Shown here: positions 11,515-24,481 of the stretch, in pieces
How the letters are laid out: the number at the start of each line of letters is the position of its first letter
Numbering within the stretch: the stretch's first letter is position 1
Source of the DNA: Callorhinchus milii
Taxonomy: Eukaryota
Assembly: GCF_018977255.1 (NCBI RefSeq)
Contig: NW_024704745.1
Coordinates: 41,106,001-41,170,000, forward strand
Direction of reading: 5' to 3'
DNA length: 64,000 bases
Position numbers and translations under genes: made by a program
Notes under the pieces: model-generated
Seen by the model: only the letters and a program-made list of their open reading frames with translations
What the model was told of the DNA's origin: nothing
Database searches by the model: none

Positions 11515-13855
11515 CATCTAGGCTCAACTACACCAACTCCCTGCTTGTTGGCCTTCCCAACTCTTCCCTCCACAAGCTGCAGATCATCCAGAACTCTGCA
11601 GCCCGTGTCCTCTCCCCACACCAGGCTCCGTGACCCCATAAGTCCCACTGGCTCCCCAACCACCAGAGGACAGAGTTCAAATTGCTCGTCGTTGCCTTCA
11701 AGACCCTCCATGGCCTTACCCTCTGTGACCTGCTGACCCCACATCACCTGTCCACTCTCTCCGCTCAGCATCGGTGGTCGTGCCTTCAGCCCCCACCCTA
11801 TGGAACGCCATCCCACACTCCCTTCGCCCCGCACCCTTCGCCCCGCTCCCTTCGCCCGGCACCCTTCGCCCGGCACCCTTCGCCCGGCTCCCTTCGCCCG
11901 GCACCCTTCGCCCGGCACCCTTCGCCCGGCACCCTTCGCCCGGCACCCTTCGCCCCGCTCCCTTCGCCCCGCTCCCTTCGCCACGCTCCCTTCGCCCGGC
12001 ACCCTTCGCCACGCTCCCTTCGCCACGCTCCCTTCGCCCGGCACCCTTCACCCGGCACCCTTCGCCCGGCTCCCTTCGCCACGCTCCCTTCGCCCGGGAC
12101 CCTTCGCCACGCTCCCTTCGCCACGCTCCCTTCGCCCGGCACCCTTCGCCCGGCTCCCTTCGCCACGCTCCCTTCGCCCGGCACCCTTTGCCACGCTCCC
12201 TTCGCCACGCTCCCTTCGCCCGGCACCCTTCGCCCGGCTCCCTTCACCCCGCTCCCTTCGCCCGGCTCCCTTCGCCACGCTCCCTTCGCCCGGCACCCTT
12301 CGCCCGGCTCCCTTCGCCCGGCACCCTTCGCCCGGCTCCCTTCGCCCGGCACCCTTCGCCCGGCACCCTTCGCCCGGCTCCCTTCGCCCGGCACCCTTCG
12401 CCCGGCTCCCTTCGCCCGGCACCCTTCGCCACGCTCCCTTCGCCACGCTCCCTTCGCCCGGCTCCCTTCGCCCAGGACCCTTCGCCCGGCTCCCTTCGCC
12501 CCGCTCCCTTCGCCCGGCTCCCTTCGCCACGCTCCCTTCGCCCGGCACCCTTCGCCCGGCTCCCTTCGCCCGGCTCCCTTCGCCCGGGACCCTTCGCCCG
12601 GGACCCTTCGCCCGGGACCCTTCGCCCGGCTCCCTTCGCCACGCTCCCTTCGCCCGGCACCCTTCGCCACGCTCCCTTCGCCCGGCACCCTTCGCCCGGC
12701 TCCCTTCGCCCGGCTCCCTTCGCCCGGCACCCTTCGCCACGCTCCCTTCGCCCGGCACCCTTCGCCACGCTCCCTTCGCCACGCTCCCTTCGCCCGGCTC
12801 CCTTCGCCCGGCTCCCTTCGCCACGCTCCCTTCGCCCGGGACCCTTCGCCCGGGACCCTTCGCCCGGGACCCTTCGCCACGCTCCCTTCGCCCGGCACCC
12901 TTCGCCCGGCTCCCTTCGCCCGGCACCCTTCGCCCGGCTCCCTTCGCCCGGCACCCTTCGCCCGGCACCCTTCGCCACGCTCCCTTCGCCCGGCACCCTT
13001 CGCCACGCTCCCTTCGCCACGCTCCCTTCGCCCGGCACCCTTCGCCCGGCTCCCTTCGCCCGGCACCCTTCGCCCGGCACCCTTCGCCCGGCACCCTTCG
13101 CCACGCTCCCTTCGCCCGGCACCCTTCGCCACGCTCCCTTCGCCACGCTCCCTTCGCCCGGCTCCCTTCGCCCGGCACCCTTCGCCCGGCACCCTTCGCC
13201 CGGCACCCTTCGCCCGGCACCCTTCGCCACGCTCCCTTCGCCCGGCACCCTTCGCCCGGCACCCTTCGCCACGCTCCCTTCGCCCGGCACCCTTCGCCCG
13301 GCTCCCTTCGCCCGGCTCCCTTCGCCCGGCACCCTTCGCCCGGCTCCCTTCGCCCGGCACCCTTCGCCCGGCACCCTTCGCCCGGCTCCCTTCGCCCGGC
13401 ACCCTTCGCCCGGCTCCCTTCGCCCGGCACCCTTCGCCCGGCACCCTTCGCCCGGCTCCCTTCGCCCGGCTCCCTTCGCCCGGCTCCCTTCGCCCGGCTC
13501 CCTTCGCCCGGCACCCTTCGCCCGGCACCCTTCGCCCGGCACCCTTCGCCCGGCTCCCTTCGCCCGGCTCCCTTCGCCCGGCTCCCTTCGCCCGGCACCC
13601 TTCGCCCGGCACCCTTCGCCCGGCTCCCTTCGCCCGGGACCCTTCGCCCGGCACCCTTCGCCACGCTCCCTGCCTTACCTCCTTCAAGGCGCGTCTTAAA
13701 ACTCTCCTCTTCAACTGAGCTTTTGGCCACCCCCCTCCTCCTCCTCCCCCCTCCCCGCTCCCCCCCTGATCAGGACCCCTAACTCGGGGCCAAATCCCTG
13801 ATTGTCCAGCGCCTTGGGACGTCCTCCTGACGTGAAAGGCGCTTCGCAGCTGTAA
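11515..13855 (+). mobile_element. L2 3' fragment hosting the 15-bp minisatellite
   Basis: L2 sequence before (..APTLWNAIPHSLR) and after (LTSFKARLKTLLFN, GGGACGTCCTCCTGACGTGAAAGGCGCT) the array. Confidence 0.88.
11817..13670. repeat. 15-bp minisatellite (CCCTTCGCCCGGCAC / CCCTTCGCCACGCTC variants), roughly 120 units
   Basis: Continuous 15-nt periodicity seen directly. It explains the long repetitive ORFs in all six frames. Confidence 0.97.
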
Positions 13856-13859
13856 TCTG

Positions 13860-14063
13860 GTTGGTTGGTGCGCTGCGCTGCGCTGTGCGCTGTGCTGTGC
13901 GGTGACGCCCTCCCGCTGGAGCAGCTGAGCCCACACACAGCCTGGCGACAGGCAGACGCGAGGCCGAGCTGCGCTTGCGCGCGGGGTGGGGGGGCGTGTC
14001 CTGTCTATAAAGCCGGGCGCTGCTCTGCGCACGCGCGGCTTTGCGGACGGCGAGAGCGGTGTC
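13860..14063 (+). promoter_or_regulatory. SOD1 (copy 1) CpG-island promoter with TATA box
   Basis: TATAAA at 14006-14011, 58 nt before the ATG. A G-rich GC-box-like tract lies just upstream. CpG-rich through about 14330. Confidence 0.8.
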
Positions 14064-17000
14064 ATGGCGCTTCTGAGAGCCGTGTGCGTGATGAAGGGCA
14101 GCGGAGACGTGACCGGCAGTGTTAACTTCGAGCAGACCGTGAGTCGCAGGGGAGCAGGAGCTGACGGCGCCCTCCCTGCGTGTTGGGCAGCGCTTCGCTT
14201 CGCGGGCGGCGGCGGCGATTGTTTTTCTGTGTCAAGTCCATTCGGGGCGGACTTCGGCCCTCCGGATCCCGCCAGCGTTTCCCTACCGTTCCTCTCGGGC
14301 CGCCCCACTCGCCGCGCCTCCGCGGTCTGATGTGGCCTCTGCCCCCCCCCCCCCCCACCCCCTCTGCCCCCCCCCCACCCCCACCCCCTCTGCCCCCCCC
14401 CCCACCCCCTCTGCCCCCCCCCACCCCCTCTGCCCCCCCCACCCCCTCTGCCCCCCCCCACCCCCTCTGCCCCCCCCCCCACCCCCTCTGCCCCCCCCCA
14501 CCCCCTCTGCCCCCCCCCCACCCCCTCTGCCCCCCCCCCACCCCCACCCCCTCTGCCCCCATTTCTCTTTCCCTCCCTGAGCCGCAGAGGACGGGGCACA
14601 GGGGATCCGACCGGAGCTGCGATAGCAGCGCGACTGCAGAGAGCGGGGAGAGAGCCTCGGTCACACGGACAGGGGCGGCGACACCCCTCTCCATCTCTCT
14701 CTCTCTCTCTCTCTATTAACAGTATTAAACATTACCGTTTAAAAACAAACTCACCCCGCGGGCGTCCTCTCTCTACCCAATATTTTTTTTTTGCTTTGTC
14801 ATTGCTCCAGATGTCCAGCAGATAACATTGATCAGTTATTGGAAGGCACGCGCCTAAAATCAACTAACTACAGGTTATGTGAATTTAAAGTCGCCATCAA
14901 GCAGGTGATAATGCTTAAAAAGGCTCTCCACATCTCGCCTGGCTGACTGTATTAGTATATTTGCTTTGAGTTCCTCTCATTCTTGAGATTATCGTCTCAA
15001 AACGCAACACAGGTAATGGCTTTCCAAGGATGGCGATTATTTGTAAGCAAATATGCATCCAATTTGTGCGCAGTAAATCTCACAAACCACTGAAGTGAAT
15101 GGCCAGTTTATCTGCAGGAGCGTTTTCCAGGATAAAAGTAAATAGTAACCCTTGCATTTCATATATCACATCTTCGAGGCACCTCAAAGCGCTTCAAGGA
15201 ATATACTGTAAAGTGAATTGACTGAACATTTGTGGGTGAAACGCGGCAGCCGATTGCGCACAGCAGTGTCCCACAAACAGTTGTGGATTGAGTGAATTTT
15301 TTTTAAGGATTATTATCCCAGATACTTTCTGAGTAGTGCCATGTAACATCCACCTAAAGGGGAGATTGATCCTCTGTTTTAATGTTGTCCAAACACATGA
15401 CAATGGAGCACTTGCCCAATACCGCACCTAGACTGAGCTCAGTAATCTGAGCAATTATAGAGTAAATGCTGTCTTTGCGCTATATGTAGGAAGCAATAAA
15501 ATACATATAGCAGTATGTAGGAAGTAATAATTGCTGGATATCCCTGTCAATTATGAAAAAGTTGTTTTATAAAGTGCATTTGTGTAGCTTACTGACTACA
15601 ATGTAAATGTATTTCAAAATTGGCAGGTCAGAAAGGAAAGGAGATGGAGGATGTTTTGCTGGGACAGTGAGTTAGTGGTAAGGCCACTTGGTGGCACTGA
15701 ACAATTGATTTCATAAGAGAACAGAACATTTATAGTCCATAGAATATGAAGTTGTTCCAAACCAAATTTAGTAAGTACTATTAGGATTTGCAGTCTTATA
15801 AAGGTAAGAAATAAAAAATACTGGGAATGTGACATAATTGAAATTATAGCCTAGAAGGGCCCCTTTGAGCCACTCCTGGAGTTGTATATTTCAAGTACAA
15901 ATTTCTAACTGTGGTTGGAGACATCTGTGCTGAATTACATTCGGTACTAGATAATAACATCGACAACAACTTGCACTTATACAGCACCCTCCACAGATAA
16001 GATTATGATCAGTAACCATTTTAGGCACGAGTAGACCATTGGCATTCTAGAGTGTAATTTCTCACAAGGTTCCTTAATTTATCTATTAATGTTGAATTTT
16101 ATACACAGTAGAACAAAACCACCTGCATCCATATTTGCCAAATCACAATCTTAAATGCTTCTATTGAGTTCTCATTCAGTCTTCTGTGATCAAGTCCCAA
16201 GTAACCATCTTTGTGCCTATCACTGTGGTTAAATTTTGGAATTAATTTGGCATTTTTTTACTACTTATGTACATAATGGATTTTTATTGTTTGTCATACC
16301 TGTTTGGAAATCTGCAAATTTGAACATGGTTTGATGTGAATCCAGCCTCCAAATCAATACACAAAATGATAGTGCAGTCGATAACGATCACTGTAATACT
16401 TCACTGAAAAACTGGCGCCCAGCCAGATGACCATGAAAACTTTCTTCCCCTCTTTCCTCACCACTTTTCTTGGCAAAGTATAATTAAATATAATTTTCAA
16501 AGTATAATTGAAGAACTGCATGTTAGATATATTCACGTGGACCTTGTCAGGCTAGGAGACGTGAATAGTTTTTTTTAAACAACATGCATTTATATAATGT
16601 TCTTCAGTGTCTCAGAGCTTTTCCTTTGCTTCAGGCTGTTTCTCAGTCCCCTTATGGTCTGCCCCTTCCACATCTCTTGCACCTATTCCAGAATTTAATT
16701 CCATGTCCTGTTGCTTCACCTGAAGAGTTTGTAGACCTCTCTGATGGAAAATTTTCTTCTAGGGAAGTGGACCGGTCACAGTAAAAGGAACTATTAATGG
16801 ACTGACACCTGGAAAACATGGGTTCCATGTTCATGTCTTTGGAGACAATACTAACGGTATGGATTGTGTACTTACCACTTGGGCAATTCATTGCTTATAA
16901 TAATAATAATCCTTGCATTTGATATAGCGCTTTTCACGTCGGGAGGATGTCCCAAAGCGCTTCACAGAACACACTGTAAAGTGAATTGACTGTATGTGGG

Positions 17001-20000
17001 CGAACGCGGCAGCCAATTGCGCACAGCAATGTACCACAAACAGTTGTAGATTGAAAATGACCAATTTATTATTGTTTTTGGTTTTGGAGGGATTATTATT
17101 AGGCATGTGGAGCAAGGAAACTTGCCCAAGGTTTCGCCCTGCCTGGAATTGAACTCAGGTCTCTCGCTTGCAAAGCAAGTGCTCTAACCACTGAGCTACA
17201 GGACTCCGCTTACTGCTTGGGTGAATTTTTTAAACTGAATGCACAATTGCATGTTATTGAATCTGAGTAACTTGAATGGAAATAAGGGCACAGCTTCAGA
17301 ATTGTAAAATATATAGTTTGCACAGGGTTATCACAGTAGGAACAAGTTACCACAAAGAATGAGTGATTACCAGAAAATAGCTGATGCAATTGCTTGATGC
17401 TGTAAATCGGGAGATATTGGGATTGCTATATGGTGCCTTCAATACTGGTCCTGGTTGCTCCCTCTGCTCAGCAAGCACAAGTGTGCCCCACCATCAGTGG
17501 TCAGGCATTCAGTGTATCTGCCCCATTCTATAGAATCCCATACCTTTTGCTTGCCCCTTTCTTTGCTGCATTCAAGATCCACCTCAGGAACTTTCACTTT
17601 GACTGGGCTTTCGGCCAATTTCCCACCCCTGGATCATGTGCAAACCCTAGACTTTCCAGCACATTGGACCATCCTCCCAACGTGAGGAGTTAAATAAATG
17701 TAAATTTGAAATGTATTCACTCAATTTACTGTTGTAATTAAATTGGTTGGGCTATATAATTTAAAATCTGTTTACCAAGGCAAATTACATATAAAGCCAT
17801 CTATTTAATATTACTTGCTATTTGACATGATCGATGTGTATTCTCCTCACAAATGTGTTTTGTTTAAACTCTAGGCTGCGTCAGTGCAGGACCTCATTTT
17901 AATCCCCTGGGGAAAAACCATGGTGCACCACAAGATCTAGAGAGGTATGTTGTGCACAGATGGTAATGCAAGATCTTAAATATCTCACTGATGTAGTGGC
18001 CAAGTGTTTGTCCATCAGCAAAATATGATTATAATTTACCTTAGGCTTGTGATTTGTGAAAACTTTGAAAAGCTCCTACTAACTTTCTAATCCAGTGGCA
18101 CACTACAGTTTTCTTTGCCCTTTCATCAATGTGAATGAAGAGCATTGGGATTACACCATCTAAAATTGGTGGAAAGGGCTGGATAGAAAATGTCCTGTTC
18201 TTGTTTTCCTATGTTCCTGAAAAAGGCCAAACTCAATGATCAATTCAGTATTGCTACAGTTAGCTTTGTTTTCCAAGATGAGGCACACTTTTGTCTTCCT
18301 GTATGAGTTCACTTGGGTGCTTGCTGGTGTACTGTATTCACTCAAATTACTGTACTGAACACTCCCGTGTACTGAAGACCCTTTGGCTCACTTTACTGCA
18401 CTATAATAATAATCCTTGCATTTGATATAGCGCTTTTCACGTCATCTAGATGTCTCAAAGCGCTTCACAGAATATACTGTAAAGTGAATTGACTATATAT
18501 TTGTGGGCGAAACACTGTGGATAGTAAATGTTTCTGATGCCATTTTGTCGAGGAAATAACAGTGCTATTTTCTGTGTACAATACACAGGAAGTGCCATGA
18601 GCAGTGACGCGACAACTTGGAAGTCGGACGTTTTTGTTTTGCGTATAATGTAGTGTCTAGGATATTGGACTCGGCCAATATTAAATGTTTCTATGTGATA
18701 AATTGGTATTGGACAAGTAGTTGAATAGTGTCTCACTACTCTGCTGTCATGTTGAGTCCTTCAAACCAGTTTTTATGTTGGCTCAAATTGGGCTGTACGT
18801 TTCTATTGTAATGTATTTTGTATAAATGTTATCCCTCAATCTAAATTGAATCATTTTAAAATCTTAAGACATGTAGGTGACCTGGGCAATGTTGAAGCTA
18901 ATGCAGCTGGTGTGGCCAATATTGCCATTGAGGATAAAATTATCCAACTGTCAGGCAGCAATTCCATTATTGGACGCACTCTTGTGGTAAGTATTAAGAT
19001 GAAAGGTAGCAAACGTGTTTCTATTATTCAAGAAGGGATAAACTGTGTAATATTGACCAGTGAGTTTAACATCAATTCTGAGCAAATTACTGGAATCCTA
19101 TCATTTGGGACAGATTATCTGAAGAAATGGACAAATCAGAGGGACTCGGCAAGGTTTTGTGAAAGGTAGATAATGTCTCAAAGCCTAACGTGTGTTTTTG
19201 ACAACCATTATGGTAGTAAGTAAAGCAGAATCAGGAGGTAGCATTTGATGAGCTATTTTACTAAGGCAACATTGTAACATGAAATTCACACGGATGCAGA
19301 GTGGGTCAGAGGAAGAAATAATTGAAGGACAATGAAAGTGATGCCGTTCAGATTGGTGCTGGGGCCCCAGATTGCCATGCTACCTGAAAAGGGGTTACTT
19401 CCAGGTTTGCTGCTGATCAAGATTGGAAGTTAAAAAGAAAATTAGAACATTAAGTAAGAGAACAAGTTTATGGGAGATGGGAGTTTAACATTACAAAATG
19501 TTCACTTTGGATGCAAGAACAGCAGATTGGAATATGTTCTAAATGGAAAAGAACTAAGATATGGAACCCTTAAAACTGTTAAAGGGTTCAATTACTAGAC
19601 TGTCAGTTTAACCTAGGAGCACAAGTTTGGACATTGATCTTGACCCAAATGACAAGTTTGGAGGGGCAGAAAGCGACCAAGAAAGCTAATGGAATGTTGA
19701 GCTTTATGGCGATGGATTTGGAATCTCAAAGGAAGGAAACGTTGCTTCTGTTCAGTGCATTGGTTGGACATTTGAAATATTGTATCCAGTTTTGGGTAGT
19801 CAGTCTTACTAAGGCTACACTTGTAATGTATTCATCAATGATTTACTAGATTAATACCTATGATTAAGTGGTTTTGGCGTGATGAGAAGCTGAATAAAGT
19901 TAGGTTGAAAGTCCCAAGGGCCTTTCATCCAAATCCCATTTGTGATATTTAATCCTTGTCAGACAGCTGCTAATGTATTGTAGTCATGAAATATTATATC

Positions 20001-20959
20001 AGGCTAGGTATTCAATGTAGTTCCTCTCTTCTAACAAGTGGAAATAAATGCACAGAATAAAGAGACAAGCTTATCTCTGCATCCAAAGAATAAAGATAGT
20101 GCCCCATTAAAATTAAAGCTTGAACATTCCATTTGAAAATACCTGGCCATTCCTTTGCAAATGCCCCATGTGAAATCGGCTCAATTTGGTTACTAATGAG
20201 TGCAGATCTACATTAGTTCATTCTGATGTTGCGTGTTAACTGATCTCAGAACTATAGCTCCAGGAACTAGACCAGGGAAATTTGATTAAAGTTCATGATG
20301 AATCAATCCTACGGTGGTACTGGAATAGGCACATTGACCTCTGCTTACATTTGTATACATTACTGGAACCTATTTTGAAACTACATTTGGCTACAACCTT
20401 TCCCATGTTTGAAAGAAATATAAAAGTAAGGTTTTGACTATGTACTTTGAGCCTTGATTGCAATTTTTAAAATTATGAAAATTTGAAACACAACAACTAG
20501 CATTCAAAAAAACATGTTTTGGCCATTTTCTTATTACACTTCAGAGCTTATTTTCCAGTTCCCCAATTTTGTGGTTGAACTCAACTGAATAAGTAGTGCC
20601 ATTTTTTTTCTCAACAGCCATCCTTAACGCTTCAGACTCAGTTTATATTGAAATTAAACTTTTGGTTGTTGGCTCACCATATTTGGCCCAAATTATTATT
20701 TGATGCCCTTTAATCTAAGAATTATTGAATCAGTTTTGAATCTAGGATGATTTTTTTGTAAAAAATATTATAGCAATAGTTGTAACAGCCAAGATTGTGT
20801 GTTAAGGTACAGATACTAATTTTTTTAATTTTGCTTCTGAAGGTTCATGAGAAGGATGATGACCTGGGAAAAGGTGGACACAGTGACAGTCTTACAACTG
20901 GAAATGCTGGAGGACGTTTAGCTTGTGGAGTGATTGGAATTGCCTCTGCAGAAAAGTGA
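14064..20959 (+). CDS. SOD1: Superoxide dismutase [Cu-Zn], canonical SOD1 (copy 1), 5 exons, 157 aa
   Basis: Exons 14064-14138, 16763-16856, 17875-17944, 18869-18986, 20843-20959, all GT-AG, phases 0,1,2,0. Protein [158 protein letters not shown]46, H48, H63, H71, H80, D83, H120, C57, C146 and R143 equivalents are all present. Confidence 0.97.
14335..14560. repeat. C-rich tandem repeat (CCCCCTCTGCCCCCCCCCA-like units) in SOD1 intron 1
   Basis: Repeated ctctg plus C-run units of about 19-20 nt. Confidence 0.9.
16897..17207 (-). mobile_element. tRNA-derived SINE, full length, in SOD1 intron 2
   Basis: Reverse complement of the 50045-50370 element. Confidence 0.92.
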
Positions 20960-21824
20960 ATTTTGTAGATTGGGGTATTGACCTGTGTTGAACAATAATT
21001 GATTCAAAATACAATGGTAACCTAGAGCAACTTTATTTGTTTGGATTTAGCCTTCAAATTGTTTCCAAAACTATGTACTGTTCCTGTTCAAAAAAAGTAA
21101 ACCCAAACTATAATCATTCTACTAGATTTAACAAATGTCATTAAAGTTGATTGTATTAATAGTACCAAACTTTGTCACATTTTGTTACAGCAGCTTGACT
21201 ACAGCTACAATTTTAAACAATGTAAAGGCCATATATTTGTTGGGGGCTTTTTCCAGCAAGTGAAGTCTTACTTGAGTTCCTTCTGAAAATGGGAATGTTT
21301 TAAAATTGCACCAAATTAGTCTTCTATACAGCGTAATTATCATGGTCGCATGGGCAATGACTACACGTTCCTTCAGGTGTTCCTTCATATAGTACTCAAA
21401 TGTTAGAAGTGTTGGAATCTTTACTCCCAAATTGAATGGTATCCTTTCCTGTGGTACCTTGTGAGTTTAAAAGACTGCACTTCCCTGTCAAATCAGGCAT
21501 GATCATGAATTTAAACATCTGATTTCTTTTCCATGGAGTGCCCTGGATTATGTGTTAATTCTTTGACTTCTTCAGGGGCTTCACAATTAGGTAGTGAGAA
21601 CAATACCACCAGACCCATGTGTTCACAATTGGAGAAGAGGAAGCACATATTGCTCAATAGGTACACAGGAATTGAATAAAATAATACACTTTAGGCAAAA
21701 TCATATGACGTATATACTGTCTTACCTCTCCAATGATGAACTTTGGAAGCTTCTCAAAGCATAAAAATATCTGCCACTAGGATGAGAAAGTAAAAAATAA
21801 TATTCCTCAAATCTTTTCTGGAAA

Positions 21825-22450
21825 ATACAATTTATGTGGCATCTTTCATGGTGGGAGGATGTCCCAAAGTGCTGGACAGTTGAGGGTTTTGACCTGAGCT
21901 GGGGGTTGGATTTAGGAGGTGGGGGGGTTGAGTGGTGAATGATGAATGATGACAGTGCAATTAAGGAGGAAGGTCTTTTGAGATACATTTTGATGTAAAT
22001 GAGGGGCTGAGGTGAGGGGACTCCAGGATGGAGTTCTGGAGAATGGGGGTAAAAGATGAATTAAAAACCTGACTGCCGATGGTTGAGGTAAGATAAGAAT
22101 TGGGTTGGTAAGGTTTAAGAAGGTCAAGGAGATAGGATGGGGCAAGACTATAGGGATTTACAAGTGAGGATGAGGATCTTGAACTTTATGGGGGATGGGA
22201 AGCCAGTGGAGCTGTGCAAGGAATGGGGTGATAGCTCATGGAGCCTGATGCAGGAGAGGATGTGAGCTGCAGAGCTTTGGAGGAGTTGGGAAGTCTGGCA
22301 AATAGAGAGATGGGAGAGTCTTGCCTGGATTTGATGAAAGCATAGATAAGTGTCTCTGCAGCCTGATGAGAGGTAGTGGTGGAAGTGGGCAATGGTGTGG
22401 AGGTGGGGGAAAAGATGAACAAATCAGAAGGGGGATGTGGGGGTTCAAAG
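21825..22450 (-). mobile_element. Decayed L2 3' fragment
   Basis: AAETLIYAFIKSR-like translation and an L2 tail. Confidence 0.75.
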
Positions 22451-23314
22451 GACAGTTGAAAATAAAGCAACACAGGCTCCTTGCAATGAAGATTATTGTA
22501 CATCCTTGTAGATTGATGCTGTCAATGTTTGAGGTGAGAATAACAATCCTTGCATTTGGTATAGTGCCTTATCACGTCATTGAGCTGTCTCAAAGAACTT
22601 CACAAAATACATTGTAAAATGGATCAGCTGTGTATTTTGTGGACAGAACATGGCAGCCATTTGCACACAGCAGTGTCTCACAAACAGTTGTGGATTGAGT
22701 GACCAAATGTTTTTTGGAGGGATTATTACCCTGGAAAGCGATCTGCCAATCAACTAACAACTGGGTTCCTACTTACTGCTAGCTAAACAGACCTGTGGAG
22801 TAAGGAAACTTGCCTAAGGTTTCACACTGCCCAGGAATCAAACAAAAGCGAATCAGAGATGTTGGGATAGGAAAGAATTAAACCAGGAAAGTACAGAATG
22901 TTGAGCTAAGAAAAATGGCAGAGGAGAAGGGTAAATTGTCAACAATGTTGAAGGTGGCAGTGGTCAAGAAGACAGTCTGGGCACAGCTGGAGGGAATGTC
23001 ATATCACATTGTAAGCCGTGTCAGGTGCAATTTGAAACCGTTTTGAAATAGTCTCCAGGAAATGTAAAAGTCAAGCTTTTCAAATTCCTGTTGCAACCAT
23101 GAGAATTGATGTTGCAATGTTGTGGTCTTCCAAACTGTGGCCTTGGACATTCTGGAGTGTGCTGAGATTATAAATCATCAGTATTTAAATTCGGGCCTGG
23201 GGAATTCGAACCATTAAACCAACCAGTTTGTTGTTTAGCCAGACATTTCCAATGGACAATTAAGCAACTGCCAATCGCAACTCTATTTCTGAAAGCCATT
23301 TATAAAGACCTGCA

Positions 23315-23810
23315 TAGAATCATAGAATTGTACAGCACAAATGGAGGCCATTTCACCCATCGTGTGTGTGCTGGCTCTTTGAAAAGAGCTATCCAAATTA
23401 ATCCCATTTCCCCATTCTCTCCCCATAGCCCTGCAAACTTGTCCTCCCCAAATAATTATCTACTCTCTTAAAAGTTGTTATCGAATCGGCTTCCACCACC
23501 CTTTCAGGCAATGTATTCCAGATCCGAACAACTCTTTGTGTGAAACAATTTCTCCTCACCTCCCCTCTTTCTTTTAATAACTATTTTAAATTGGTGTCCT
23601 CGGGTTACCGACCCACTTGCCAGTGGAAATAATTTCTCCTTGTTCACACTATTGAATTCCCTCATAATTTTGAAAACTTCTATTAAGTCTCCTCTAACCT
23701 TTTCTTCTCCAAGGAGAATAATCCTAGCCTTCTCTAGCCTCTCCTGATAACTGAAGTCCCTCATTCCTGGTACCATCCTGGTAAATCTCTGCACCCTCTC
23801 CAATGCCTTG
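23315..23810 (-). mobile_element. CR1-clade LINE 3' fragment
   Basis: ALERVQRFTRMVPGMRDFSYQERLE..RGDLIEVFKIM..TRGHQFK, with an (ATTCTATG)-type tail. Confidence 0.88.
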
Positions 23811-23812
23811 AC

Positions 23813-24136
23813 ATAATAATAATAAGAATAATAATCCTTGCATTTGATATAGCGCTTTTTACGTTGGGAGGATGTCCCAAAGCGCTTCACAGAACACACT
23901 GTAAAGTGAATTGACTGTATATTTGTGGGCGAACGCGGCAGCCAATTGCGCACAGCAATGTCCCACAAACAGTCGTAGATTGAAAATGACCAATTTATTA
24001 TTTTTTTTCGTTTTGGAGGGATTATTAGGTGTGTGGAGTAAGGAAACTTGCCCAAGGTTTCGCCCTCTGCCTGGGATTGAACTCAGGTCTCTCGCTTCCA
24101 AAGCGAGCGCTCTAACCACTGAGCTACAGGACTCCG
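23813..24136 (-). mobile_element. tRNA-derived SINE, full length
   Basis: Same family as 50045-50370. Confidence 0.92.
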
Positions 24137-24481
24137 CTTTGTCCTGTCGCTGTCTCAAAGCGCTTCACAGGATATATTGTAAAATGAATCCACTGTATAT
24201 TTTGTATAATTGAGAACGTGTTAGATTTCATTGCTCTAGTTTTGTGTATACGTTAAGTAAAACCATATTAAGATGAAAACAACTGCAAATGCTGTCAATC
24301 CCAGCCCTCCCTGCACTGTCCCTTCCCAAACCAGCTCTTTCACGTGGGTGGTGTAGGAGTTCACGTGTAGGTGTTCGCTGATGCGTAAACGTTGGAAACA
24401 GTGACAGTTGTGGTCTGTGATCCCTTCCACAGCCACAGAGAGAGAGAGAGAGAGAGGTCTGCAGTGGGAGACTGGGAAACC

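Noticed and set aside
11817-13670. CRISPR-like regular array
   Set aside because: The units are directly adjacent with no unique spacers, the context is eukaryotic and there are no cas genes.
11682-14599. Very long ORFs (430-930 aa) on both strands
   Set aside because: They are artefacts of a stop-free 15-bp minisatellite and C-rich repeats, giving purely periodic translations in all frames.
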